Shown here piece after piece: positions 10,669 through 20,076 of a DNA stretch of 64,000 nt. A program made the position numbers and the translations under genes. The stretch spans positions 23,770 through 87,769 of the IMG/VR virus record IMGVR_UViG_3300017706_001340; one strand, given 5' to 3'. The notes beneath the pieces are model-generated. The model worked only from the letters and a program-made list of their open reading frames with translations, was not told the origin of the DNA and made no database searches. Each line of letters opens with the position of its first letter. Position 1 is the stretch's first letter. Source of the DNA: a virus.

Positions 10669-11919
10669 ATGCGAACACAAATACCAAATGCATCTGTTAT
10701 AGGTCTGAACACTGTGCAAGGTACAGTGATAGGATCCAAACAAAATCAACCAACCTCTCCGATAGGTAAAAGACCTCAGAGTAATCGTATAACACCCCAA
10801 ACTAGACCGCGAGAAACTCAGATGCCTCGAGGTTTGAATTACTATGCTGATTTTAGTGGTTGTGGATTTTGGCGGATGTTGTGGCCAGAGCACACATTGA
10901 ATGCATATCAGAAGGCGGTCATTCATGGTAGTACGGTGATGGTGACTGATGAGAAATATTATACTAACGTCAAGTGTGTACGTATACAGCGCCAAGCAAC
11001 ACCCAGTCAAATGAAGTTTGTCAAGTATCTCAAGCAGTTGGGTGACAAGATGAACTTCAATGTTGTGTACGAGATTGATGATATTGTGTTTCATGAAGAC
11101 ATTCCAGATTACAACAAATTCAAAGGTGCGTTTGTTGATGATGATATAAGAAAGGCCACCACTAGTATGATGCAGATGTGTGATGAGATCACTGTCACGT
11201 GTGATTATATGAAGCAGTATTATATCGACAAAACTGGTAACAAGAATGTTAGTATAATACCTAATTATCCACCTAGATATTGGTTGGATCAATATGATGA
11301 ACAAATGACTGAGAAAAATTTCAGTAAAAGAAAGAAAAAACCTCGGGTATTGTATGCAGGTAGTGGCGCACACTTTGATGTTGACAATTTAGCTGGTCAA
11401 CGTGATGATTTTTATCATGTGGTTGAAACAGTCAAAAAGACAATCAACAAATATCAATGGGTGTTCATTGGTGCATTCCCAGTTGGTTTGAGATCACTGG
11501 TACAGCAGGGCAAGATAGAGTTTTATCCATGGACGTCACTGTATGATTATCCGAGATTAGTTAAGAAGATTCGCCCTAATGTGATGGTAGCACCGTTAAT
11601 CGATAATATATTCAATAGATCCAAGAGTGATCTAAAGTTTGTTGAGGGTTGTGCGTTGGGTGTACCAGCAATTTGTCAGGATATGTGCACATATGAAAAT
11701 GCACACTATAAATTCAATACAGGTGATGAGATGGTTGATCAGATAGACAATCTGATGAAAGATAAATCGATGTACATGAAAGCAGTGCGTCGCGGTCGGA
11801 TGGAAGCAGAACTCAGATGGTTAGAACATCCAGATAATCTACAAAAATATGTAGAGTTATACACATTACCGTATGGTCATAAGGACCGTGTGCAATTGAA
11901 CAAGCTAAATGGTTGCTAG
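10669..11919 (+). CDS. Glycosyltransferase (GT-B/GT4-like)
   Basis: GCGFWRMLWP, YEIDD, APL..N.FN..KSDLKFVE...GVP; TTAAATA 5 nt before ATG 10669. Confidence 0.75.
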   Translation: MRTQIPNASVIGLNTVQGTVIGSKQNQPTSPIGKRPQSNRITPQTRPRETQMPRGLNYYADFSGCGFWRMLWPEHTLNAYQKAVIHGSTVMVTDEKYYTNVKCVRIQRQATPSQMKFVKYLKQLGDKMNFNVVYEIDDIVFHEDIPDYNKFKGAFVDDDIRKATTSMMQMCDEITVTCDYMKQYYIDKTGNKNVSIIPNYPPRYWLDQYDEQMTEKNFSKRKKKPRVLYAGSGAHFDVDNLAGQRDDFYHVVETVKKTINKYQWVFIGAFPVGLRSLVQQGKIEFYPWTSLYDYPRLVKKIRPNVMVAPLIDNIFNRSKSDLKFVEGCALGVPAICQDMCTYENAHYKFNTGDEMVDQIDNLMKDKSMYMKAVRRGRMEAELRWLEHPDNLQKYVELYTLPYGHKDRVQLNKLNGC

Positions 11920-12267
11920 TATAGCAACTATGTTAATTTTTGTACCTTTAGAGTGTTTAAGTTTTAAAAATTGTTTCTTGTTTACCCACTTGTAATTTTT
12001 ATGTTCATTAGACAGATTCACCTTGAGTATCTTGGGTGTAGCTACAAACAACTCAAAATCATTTTGTCTTATTAATGTCTTGAGTTTTGCGATTTTGATA
12101 CCAGTTTCTTCAAAAACCTCTCGCTTCGCACCTTGTGTGAAATTTTCACCGACATTCAAGTGTCCACCCGGTAATTCCCAGCCATCACCGTTGATACGTT
12201 CGAGCATTAAGCACTTGTCTCTCCATAACATAATAACTTTTGCAACTTTATTGGTATCTACACTCAT
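11905..12267 (-). CDS. Nudix hydrolase
   Basis: Nudix box PGGHLNVGENFTQGAKREVFEETG; CTAAATA upstream at 12282-12276. Confidence 0.92.
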   Translation of the reverse strand: MSVDTNKVAKVIMLWRDKCLMLERINGDGWELPGGHLNVGENFTQGAKREVFEETGIKIAKLKTLIRQNDFELFVATPKILKVNLSNEHKNYKWVNKKQFLKLKHSKGTKINIVAILATI

Positions 12268-12282
12268 ATGTCAAGTATTTAG

Positions 12283-12311
12283 TTGACTAAAATGACAATA
12301 ACAAGTATAAT
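12283..12311 (+). promoter_or_regulatory. Sigma70-type promoter of DNA polymerase (leaderless geometry)
   Basis: TTGACT-17 bp-TATAAT, ATG 6 nt downstream. Confidence 0.8.
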
Positions 12312-12317
12312 ATAGCT

Positions 12318-14882
12318 ATGTACAGAAACGTTTGCTACAATCCTAGAGATGAAACAGTAACCCTATTTACTTGGGATGATAATGGAACACGTATCGCGGT
12401 CGATATGAGTTACAACCCGTACATCTATACAGAGACAACACTCAAAAGTGACGCTCAGAGTATATTCGAAACACCACTACGTAAGAAATTATTCAAAGAT
12501 ACGAGACATAGAAACAATTATATAAAGGAATGTGGAACCAACAGAGTTTTTGAGAACATCCGACCAGAACAACAGTTTCTGATAGATACATTCTGGAAGA
12601 AAAATGAGGAATTAGAATTCACACAACATCCACTCAAAATACATTATATAGATATTGAGGTTTATTGTCCGGATGTTTTTCCAACACCTGATGAAGCTGC
12701 ACAACCGATAAACATCATAACTGTGTATGATTCTATAGATAAGCGCTTCTACACTTGGGGTACCAGTCGATTGGAAAAGAATATTAAGGATTGTGATTAT
12801 GTGTTTTGTCAAACGGAGCAACAACTGCTGGAGTGTTATCTGAATTATGTGTGTAGATCACAACCAGATATTATATCCGGATGGAACAGTGAGGGTTTTG
12901 ATATACCTTATATTGTTAATCGATGTGTACGCATTTTAGGTGAGGATAGTATCAAGAAATTGAGTCCAGTGGAGAATATATACAGTAGAATGATGACTGG
13001 AGCCTTCGGTAAGGAACAGCAACGGTGGTATATAAGTGGTGTGTCGTGCGTTGATTACCTGGATATTTACAAGAAATTTAGTATTGGGTTGAGAGAAAGT
13101 TACAAGTTAGATGCAATAGCAGAACTAGAGTTAGGTTCCCGGAAGGTTGATTATGGTAACACAAATTTAAGCTCATTAGCTGATGAGGATTGGCAGACCT
13201 TTGTTGAGTATAACATACAGGATGTAAATCTACTTGTTGAGCTGGAGGATAAATTACGCTACCTTGAATTGCTTCGCATGTTAGCATATACAGGTTTAAC
13301 CACAATTGAAAGTGCCATGGGTACTTTGAGTGTGATAACCGGTGCCACTGTTATCAAGGCTCGGAGTAAGGACCTTGTTGTACCAACCTTCATAAAGGAC
13401 AATTCCAATGCAGCTAAGTATGAAGGAGCATATGTGGGTGAACCTCAACGTGGTTTTCAACATGCAGTTATAAGTTTTGATGCGAACAGCTTGTATCCTA
13501 ACACGATGATAAGTCTCAATTTAAGTCCAGAGACAAAAGTCGGTAGAATAACTCACAAGGATGACGAGTTTGTTTATCTTAAGCATGTCACCGGGAAGGA
13601 TTTTAAATTAACACATCAAGGATTTATGGATTTTGTGAGAAAGGAAGATATCGCCATATCCAAAGCTAAAATATTATTCACACAAAAGAAAAAAGGTATC
13701 ATGCCTGAGATCGTCGATGGTATCTATCAACAACGCGTTGAAGTGAAGAAGACACTCAAGAAACTGTTGATACAATTATCAAAAATGAGCTCAGAAGATC
13801 CGGATCGATCCGCCATACAGCGGCAGGCTGATCAATTAGACATAAAACAGTTCACATTAAAGATCTTGATCAATACTGTTTACGGTTATTTTGGTAACAA
13901 ACATGCTCCGATTGGTGATCCTGATATAGCACGTAGTATCACGTTGACAGGTCAAGCTGTTATCAAAAAATCTAACGATATCTTACGGGATTACGTTAAT
14001 ATTCACGGTTCACCTGGAGCTGACCCAGTTATATACAATGATACAGACAGTAGTTACATTTCTATTGATAGAATAATGGACAAGATAGGAGATGACTTTA
14101 GTACTGATGGTATTATTGCGAAATCTGCATATGAACAAGCACAATCAGTTGAGGATCACTTAAATGAAGAGATAACCAAATGGAGTGCCACTGCTTTGAA
14201 TAGTAAGGATAGTAGATTTGTGTTCAAGCGTGAATGTATGAGTGATGTCGGTGTGTTTCTACAGAAAAAACGCTACGTGCTACATGTTTTAGATGATGAG
14301 GGTATTCCTGTAAATAAATACAAGTATACAGGAGTAGAAGTTGTCAGGAGCACGATTCCTGCGCCTGTTAAACCGTATATCAAGAAGATAATCGAGACAA
14401 TGATGTCAACAGAGAGTAGATCAGAGACCAATGATGTATTTTTGAAAGCATATGACACATTCAAATCATTACCTATAGAGGATTATTCTTTTGTGATGGG
14501 TATATCAGATTATGATAAATATGCAACTCGATGTAACGGGTTTGTTACTGCAAAGGGCATGCCAGCACATGTAAAGGCTGCATATCACTACAATATGTTA
14601 CTAGAGAAGATAGGGTTATCAGGTTTATATGAAGCAATTGACACCGGTGATAAAGTTAGATACTTTTATGTAAATCAACCAAACAAGTACGGTATAAAAG
14701 CAGTCGCATACAAATATTATTATCCAGATGAATTCAAGAAGATATTTGAACCGGACAAAGAAAAGATGTTTGAAAAAATCATATACAGTATCATCGAGAG
14801 GTTCTATGAATCAGTGAAATGGAAGCTAAACAAACCGAGTGCACAGGTACAGACAGATTTATTCGATCTATTAGGCGTTTAA
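12318..14882 (+). CDS. gp43: Family B DNA polymerase gp43
   Basis: Exonuclease DIE, GWNSEGFD, YNIQD; polymerase FDANSLYP, KILINTVYG, YNDTDS, KKRY. Confidence 0.97.
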   Translation: MYRNVCYNPRDETVTLFTWDDNGTRIAVDMSYNPYIYTETTLKSDAQSIFETPLRKKLFKDTRHRNNYIKECGTNRVFENIRPEQQFLIDTFWKKNEELEFTQHPLKIHYIDIEVYCPDVFPTPDEAAQPINIITVYDSIDKRFYTWGTSRLEKNIKDCDYVFCQTEQQLLECYLNYVCRSQPDIISGWNSEGFDIPYIVNRCVRILGEDSIKKLSPVENIYSRMMTGAFGKEQQRWYISGVSCVDYLDIYKKFSIGLRESYKLDAIAELELGSRKVDYGNTNLSSLADEDWQTFVEYNIQDVNLLVELEDKLRYLELLRMLAYTGLTTIESAMGTLSVITGATVIKARSKDLVVPTFIKDNSNAAKYEGAYVGEPQRGFQHAVISFDANSLYPNTMISLNLSPETKVGRITHKDDEFVYLKHVTGKDFKLTHQGFMDFVRKEDIAISKAKILFTQKKKGIMPEIVDGIYQQRVEVKKTLKKLLIQLSKMSSEDPDRSAIQRQADQLDIKQFTLKILINTVYGYFGNKHAPIGDPDIARSITLTGQAVIKKSNDILRDYVNIHGSPGADPVIYNDTDSSYISIDRIMDKIGDDFSTDGIIAKSAYEQAQSVEDHLNEEITKWSATALNSKDSRFVFKRECMSDVGVFLQKKRYVLHVLDDEGIPVNKYKYTGVEVVRSTIPAPVKPYIKKIIETMMSTESRSETNDVFLKAYDTFKSLPIEDYSFVMGISDYDKYATRCNGFVTAKGMPAHVKAAYHYNMLLEKIGLSGLYEAIDTGDKVRYFYVNQPNKYGIKAVAYKYYYPDEFKKIFEPDKEKMFEKIIYSIIERFYESVKWKLNKPSAQVQTDLFDLLGV

Positions 14883-14885
14883 CAG

Positions 14886-14914
14886 TAGATTTCAGTAACA
14901 AAATAGTATATCAT
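14886..14914 (+). promoter_or_regulatory. Sigma70-type promoter
   Basis: TAGATT-17-TATCAT, ATG 6 nt downstream. Confidence 0.55.
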
Positions 14915-14920
14915 AACAAT

Positions 14921-15301
14921 ATGGACAAAATAATAACATTCGTAGATAATGTAGGTCGTGTAATCGTCGGTCAAAAAGTAAAGTCTAAGGACACTAGTAT
15001 ATGGAGTATCAAAGAACCTGCAGTAGTTAACGTGCAAGTCAGTCAAGAGAACGGTCAAATTTCTGTTCAACTACTACCATTTGTATTCAGGGAGTTCATT
15101 TCAGCAGAAGCGCGAGAAGCGGGTGTTGTTTGGGACTTCAACAAGAATAACATAGTCACAAGTAATAACTTAGTACTTGATGATAACATTAAAACCCAAT
15201 ATGAAAACATATTCACAAAGCCAGTTGCTGTTGCACAGAAGCAACCAGCCCCGGCTCCGGTTGAACCAGAAGTTGTAAAGTTATTTGATGACGAAGATTG
15301 A
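14921..15301 (+). CDS. Hypothetical beta-rich protein (possibly Sm-like)
   Basis: 126-aa ORF between gp43 and uvsX; alternating hydrophobic strands. Confidence 0.65.
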   Translation: MDKIITFVDNVGRVIVGQKVKSKDTSIWSIKEPAVVNVQVSQENGQISVQLLPFVFREFISAEAREAGVVWDFNKNNIVTSNNLVLDDNIKTQYENIFTKPVAVAQKQPAPAPVEPEVVKLFDDED

Positions 15302-16373
15302 TAAAGATGTTCTCAAAGTTTTCGAAAAGCTCGAGAAACTAAATCCAGAAGCGAAATTTCTATCTGAAAGTGCACTAAGCACAGTAAGTGATTATGTTGA
15401 CACAGGATGTATGGTGTTGAATGCTATCATTTCCGGTAGTTTGTATGGAGGTGTACCTATGGGTCGTATCACAGGTTTCAGTGGACCTAGTGCCGCGGGA
15501 AAAACATACATTATAAACAAGATACTAGCTAATGGTCAGAAGAAGGGTATGATACCCGTGATATTTGATACTGAAGCTGCTGTTGATGCTAGTAGTACAG
15601 TAGGTGTGGGTTTAGATAACGAACAAGTCAAATATGTGCCTGTTCAGACAGTAGAGGATTGTAGGAATCAAATATCTGCTTTCTTGGACGGTGTGATCGA
15701 TACTAAGATGAGAGATAAATTCATCATCAGTATTGACAGTCTCGGGAACCTTGCAAGTCAAAAAGAGATTGATGATGCCGAGAAAGGCAAAACAGCAATG
15801 GACATGGGAACAAGAGCCAAAGGTCTCAAGAGTATGATGAGATTACTAACATTCAAAGCAGCTCAAGCTGGTGTCACTATATTATTTAGTAATCATACAT
15901 ATGATGACCCAAGCGCCATGTTCCCTACGCTCGTCAAGGCACAGAGTGGCGGTAAAGGTCCAGTGTATCTCGCAAGTGTACTTGTACAACTCGCTAAGCG
16001 TGATGAAAAGCATGATGCTAACAGAGGTGATTCGGATGAATTGCTACCAGAAGCCAATAAAGTTAGTGGAACAACATTACGTGCACTGACGGTCAAGAAT
16101 CGATTTGTACCGCCATTCCTAGAATGTGAGGCGTATCTAAACTTCCGTAAAGGTCTTGATAAATACAGCGGACTTAAGGAGATGGCTGTAAATCATGGAG
16201 TGATAATTCAGACTGGTAGTACATTCACCATGCCAGAATCAAAAGAAGGTGCACCTGGTAAAAAGTTAGGGTATTACAAGAACTGGAAGAGTGATGAATC
16301 ACTATGGGAAGAGTATATACTTCCGGAGTTAGAAAAAAAGCTCAAGGCGCAATATAGCTATAGTGTGGATTAA
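15288..16373 (+). CDS. uvsX: RecA-like recombinase UvsX
   Basis: GPSAAGKT, FDTE, IDSLG, NH, SGG, KNRF. Confidence 0.93.
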   Translation: MTKIDKDVLKVFEKLEKLNPEAKFLSESALSTVSDYVDTGCMVLNAIISGSLYGGVPMGRITGFSGPSAAGKTYIINKILANGQKKGMIPVIFDTEAAVDASSTVGVGLDNEQVKYVPVQTVEDCRNQISAFLDGVIDTKMRDKFIISIDSLGNLASQKEIDDAEKGKTAMDMGTRAKGLKSMMRLLTFKAAQAGVTILFSNHTYDDPSAMFPTLVKAQSGGKGPVYLASVLVQLAKRDEKHDANRGDSDELLPEANKVSGTTLRALTVKNRFVPPFLECEAYLNFRKGLDKYSGLKEMAVNHGVIIQTGSTFTMPESKEGAPGKKLGYYKNWKSDESLWEEYILPELEKKLKAQYSYSVD

Positions 16374-17902
16374 ATTGGTGTTTCAGCACTACTTAAATAC
16401 CGTCTAAAAGCTTGTTCATAGCCACGACTACCGGGTCTCATCTGCATTTTGTCGCGAGGTGATAAGGATTTCTCAAATTCATCTCTATGATACTCGTCCG
16501 CACCACTTCTCTGAAACATTGTCTCCTCTTGATCTGGGTTGTATGGTAACTCTTGTTCGGGTGGTGTTGCAGTAACTGTATCATCCGGAGTTTCTGGAGC
16601 GACTTCCGGAGGAGCGGTCACTGGCGCGGTAGTTGCGTTTGAATCTTGTGGTGGTACGCTTTGTGGATCAACCTCAGGGTTAGTGACAGCAGCTTCACCG
16701 CCACCCATCATTGCCTCGGCACCTCCAGCTAATGCCCCTGCTCCAGCGGCCATCGCACCGGTTTTACCAGCTTGGTTCAAGCCACCCATGACTCTGTCTC
16801 CGATTCCACCTTGTGTAGTTGCGGCACCCTTGACAAAACCAATCCCGGCACCGGCTATGCCAGTTTTTAATGCTGGTAATGCGATAGCTGCAGTTGCTGG
16901 GTTGGTCATCATCAAACCTAAGACACCAATAGCAACTGCGCCTGTTAAAATGCCTTTGTTATTTTTCAAAAAGCTCCATATTTTCCCTAATACACCTTGA
17001 CCTCCTTGAATAGCGTTCGGGTCAATTGGTGTAACATCTGCATCCGGTGTAGCTTGTGGTGGTCCACTCGTTGTTGGAACATCCGATGCAGGTGCTTCTG
17101 GTGCAGGTGCTTCTGGTGCAGGTGCTTCTGGTGCAGGTGCTTCTGGTGCAGGTGCTTCTGGTGCAGGTGTGGCTTGTGATTGTGTGGCCTGTGATTGTGC
17201 TTTTACAAAATTCTGAAACCTTTTGTTTATCTTGTATAGTTGTGGAAACACTTCTCCCTTGCTACCACCTGGAGCACTTTTAGCAAGCTGATCTATTTGC
17301 TTTGCTATTGTTTTATTCTCATTGATGGAATCTGACACTGGCATCCATGGACATTCGTCTGGCTGGTTCGCTTCACTAAAAAGTGTATTTATTGTGTTAG
17401 TATAGTATCTCTCTTGTATCACTTGTGAGTGTTGTGATGTAATCAAACCTGTATCAACAAGAGCTTCACAAATCATGTCATTCATTTGGAATTGATATGT
17501 ATATGCCTCTGCCGCAGTTCCGGCTTCCGTACCTGTTGGTGTTGATTGGATTTGTTGTTGTACACTCGGATCACCTTCAGTTTGAGCTAGTGCAGCAATC
17601 GCCTCTGGTCCCTGATCCACAGCACCTGCAACTTTTTGTGCTGCAGCCGGATCCTTCGCAAGTGCACCAACCAACATATCGATCACTGGTTTGAGTAGTT
17701 TCTGAGCCGCGAAATTTTTAACTTTACCAAATGCACCCTTGACACCATCCATCAATCCTTCGTTCATTAAAAATTGCTCTATATACTTGAGATCCGCTTC
17801 CAGTAAGTCCTCCATCTTATACTTGATTTTATGATCAACTCTGTTTTGAAGGCTCTCCCAGATCAGATCATTATCACTTGTATTGTATTTTTTTCTGTAC
17901 AT
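16370..17902 (-). CDS. Late Ala/Gly/Pro-rich protein with glycine-zipper-like hydrophobic segments
   Basis: ATAAATA (17914-17908) 5 nt before ATG 17902; GxxxG-rich helices; APEAP repeats. Confidence 0.7.
   Translation of the reverse strand: MYRKKYNTSDNDLIWESLQNRVDHKIKYKMEDLLEADLKYIEQFLMNEGLMDGVKGAFGKVKNFAAQKLLKPVIDMLVGALAKDPAAAQKVAGAVDQGPEAIAALAQTEGDPSVQQQIQSTPTGTEAGTAAEAYTYQFQMNDMICEALVDTGLITSQHSQVIQERYYTNTINTLFSEANQPDECPWMPVSDSINENKTIAKQIDQLAKSAPGGSKGEVFPQLYKINKRFQNFVKAQSQATQSQATPAPEAPAPEAPAPEAPAPEAPAPEAPASDVPTTSGPPQATPDADVTPIDPNAIQGGQGVLGKIWSFLKNNKGILTGAVAIGVLGLMMTNPATAAIALPALKTGIAGAGIGFVKGAATTQGGIGDRVMGGLNQAGKTGAMAAGAGALAGGAEAMMGGGEAAVTNPEVDPQSVPPQDSNATTAPVTAPPEVAPETPDDTVTATPPEQELPYNPDQEETMFQRSGADEYHRDEFEKSLSPRDKMQMRPGSRGYEQAFRRYLSSAETPI
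17087..17169. repeat. 15-bp perfect tandem repeat (TGCAGGTGCTTCTGG) x5.5 encoding (APEAP)n
   Basis: Directly visible; in frame in the minus-strand ORF. Confidence 0.95.
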
Positions 17903-17915
17903 ACATTTATTTATG

Positions 17916-17944
17916 TTGGACATTTCTATTTTATATAGTATAAT
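17916..17944 (+). promoter_or_regulatory. Sigma70-type promoter for the queC operon
   Basis: TTGGAC-17-TATAAT, back-to-back with a late promoter at 17914-17908. Confidence 0.6.
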
Positions 17945-17953
17945 ATGTGTTAT

Positions 17954-18667
17954 ATGGAAAAGTGTATTGTACCGATCAGTGGAGGTTTAGACTCAACAAC
18001 CATCTTATACATGGCCAAAGCAAGAAACATGCAAATACATGCAGTTAGTTTCAATTACGGTCAACGACACATGGACAGTGAATTAGCGTGTGCACAACAT
18101 CATGTGAATAAAGTGGGTGTGGAGAGTTGGAAAGTTCTAGATATCACCTTCTTCAAGGAAATTGCAAACACGAGCTCATTGACAAATAGCGATATAGATG
18201 TTGCTGATGCACGTGATGTTGTGGGTGATCCTCAGACAGTTAATTATGTCCCAAACCGCAACATGATGATGTTGAGTATATGTGCTGCATATGCTGAAAG
18301 TCTTCAAGCTGAAACTGTGTTTCACGGAGCTGCTCTTGTTGATAGCCAGGCTGGTTTCTGGGATGGTAGTGTAGAGTTCTTAGAGTATATAAACAATCTA
18401 CTGTCCTTGAATCGCCGAGATCGAGTCAAGGTGGAGTGTCCTTTGATTGAGCTATCTAAAGAGCAAATTATACACAAGGCTGTGTCACTTGGAGTTGATG
18501 TCTCTAAAACATGGACGTGTTACAGAGGTGGCGAACGACCATGTGGTTATTGTACGGCTTGTAGTTCTCGTATCGCTGGATTCATGTCTGCTGGCTATAT
18601 AGATCCATTGGATTATCAGAGAACAGACATACCATGGAGTGGTCAGCAACCAATATCAGCACTATAG
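17954..18667 (+). CDS. queC: QueC-family PP-loop ATPase (7-cyano-7-deazaguanine synthase-like)
   Basis: SGGLDS, FNYGQRH, VPNRN, TWTCY...PCGYCTAC; canonical YPDC replaced by FWDG. Confidence 0.88.
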   Translation: MEKCIVPISGGLDSTTILYMAKARNMQIHAVSFNYGQRHMDSELACAQHHVNKVGVESWKVLDITFFKEIANTSSLTNSDIDVADARDVVGDPQTVNYVPNRNMMMLSICAAYAESLQAETVFHGAALVDSQAGFWDGSVEFLEYINNLLSLNRRDRVKVECPLIELSKEQIIHKAVSLGVDVSKTWTCYRGGERPCGYCTACSSRIAGFMSAGYIDPLDYQRTDIPWSGQQPISAL

Positions 18668-18670
18668 TAT

Positions 18671-19396
18671 ATGTGTGGTATATTTGGTAGTTTCAACTTC
18701 CGGCGGTTCGAACAGCTGTACGAAGCAAACCGGAAGCGTGGTGACTTTGCGGTTGGTACGATGTATATAACTAAAAATGCATCCCCAGGTATGGCGAAAA
18801 ATACCTGGTTGAGAAAGAAGCAAGGTATAGTTGATCTCACTAGTCATTATTCTTTTAAGAATGATTACGATCAATACCTGGGTCACACACAAGCACCAAC
18901 AAGTATTAACCGTGAATTTAGTCCGGAGACAACACATCCATTTGATAGTATACATTATCAAGTAGCACATAACGGTGTACTGAGCAACCATAAGCAGCTT
19001 GGAGAGGATCTACTAGACGCGTGGTGGAGGGACGATTGTGTTGATAGTGAGATCATACCAGGATTATTATCCGTCAATGTTGAGTTTGATGAAGATATCA
19101 TATTGAGCTATCAAAATGATACCGGAAAAACTGAGGATGTGTTGACAGTTGAGAAAACATGCAGCATGCTGAAGGGTACATTTGGTTTGTGGGTGTACAG
19201 TAAACTAACAGGTGATACATTTATCGTTCGCAACGGTTGCACGTTATTTGGAAACATTGAATCTGGTGATTTTAGTAGTGTGCCTATCGCTGGTATTTGT
19301 GAAGAACCTCTGAAGGAAGGTGTAGTGTACTGCGTGACATGTGAAGGGTTAACAGAGTGTGGAGAGTTCGAATCAAGTAGTCCATTTTTTTTATGA
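18671..19396 (+). CDS. Class II (Ntn) glutamine amidotransferase
   Basis: N-terminal MCGIFG, RG, GHT, HPF, HNG, DSE. Confidence 0.88.
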   Translation: MCGIFGSFNFRRFEQLYEANRKRGDFAVGTMYITKNASPGMAKNTWLRKKQGIVDLTSHYSFKNDYDQYLGHTQAPTSINREFSPETTHPFDSIHYQVAHNGVLSNHKQLGEDLLDAWWRDDCVDSEIIPGLLSVNVEFDEDIILSYQNDTGKTEDVLTVEKTCSMLKGTFGLWVYSKLTGDTFIVRNGCTLFGNIESGDFSSVPIAGICEEPLKEGVVYCVTCEGLTECGEFESSSPFFL

Positions 19397-20076
19397 ATAA
19401 GAACAAGAAAATTTTAATTGTAACATGCTCGAAAGATGACGGTAAAAAGTCACAGCTAGTCCAATCACTAGATGCAATACGAGATGACATATCATTAATA
19501 ATAAACGCAAACAACAAGGCAGGATTGTCAGAAACTTACAACAGACAGCTAAAGCCGGAAAATCTCATAAAGCATGACATTGTGTTATTTGTACATGATG
19601 ATGTGTTCATTGATGATGTCAAGCTAAGAGGTAAATTGTATGTAGCGATGGAGTCATTAAAGTATGATATTGTAGGTCTAGCTGGTGCTAGTAAGATGAA
19701 GATAGGAAACCCGGCGTTATGGCATCAAATGTCGCCCCGGGAATCATGGAGCGGTGCCGTGTCACACCCTGTAGGTGATAAGCAATTGAATATAACTAGT
19801 TTCGGACCATGGCCAGCAAGATGTTTAGTATTGGACGGATTGTTTCTTGCAGTCAACTTGGCGAGAGTATTGGAGATTGGATGGAGATTTAACGAAGATT
19901 ATAAATATCATCATTATGATATAGCTAGTTGTTTAGATGCGAACAAAGTTAAGCTCAAGATGGGAACATATCCAATCAATGTGACTCACAGCAGCCCCGG
20001 ACTGAGAGACATCAACGACGAATCATTCCAAAGATCACAACAAACATTTATACGTAATTATTCAGATGTCAGTTAA
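19393..20076 (+). CDS. GT-A glycosyltransferase-like protein (GT2-related)
   Basis: YN...FVHDDV, IVGLAG, LDGLFLA, HHYD..SCL. Confidence 0.75.
   Translation: MNKNKKILIVTCSKDDGKKSQLVQSLDAIRDDISLIINANNKAGLSETYNRQLKPENLIKHDIVLFVHDDVFIDDVKLRGKLYVAMESLKYDIVGLAGASKMKIGNPALWHQMSPRESWSGAVSHPVGDKQLNITSFGPWPARCLVLDGLFLAVNLARVLEIGWRFNEDYKYHHYDIASCLDANKVKLKMGTYPINVTHSSPGLRDINDESFQRSQQTFIRNYSDVS

Noticed and set aside
10657-11373. 238-aa antisense ORF within the glycosyltransferase, and the many other 60-200 aa overlapping ORFs in the track
   Set aside because: They lie opposite or out of frame within well-supported genes and have no recognisable motifs.
17087-17169. Tandem repeat as a possible CRISPR array
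   Set aside because: Contiguous 15-bp units without spacers, in frame within a CDS; no cas genes.
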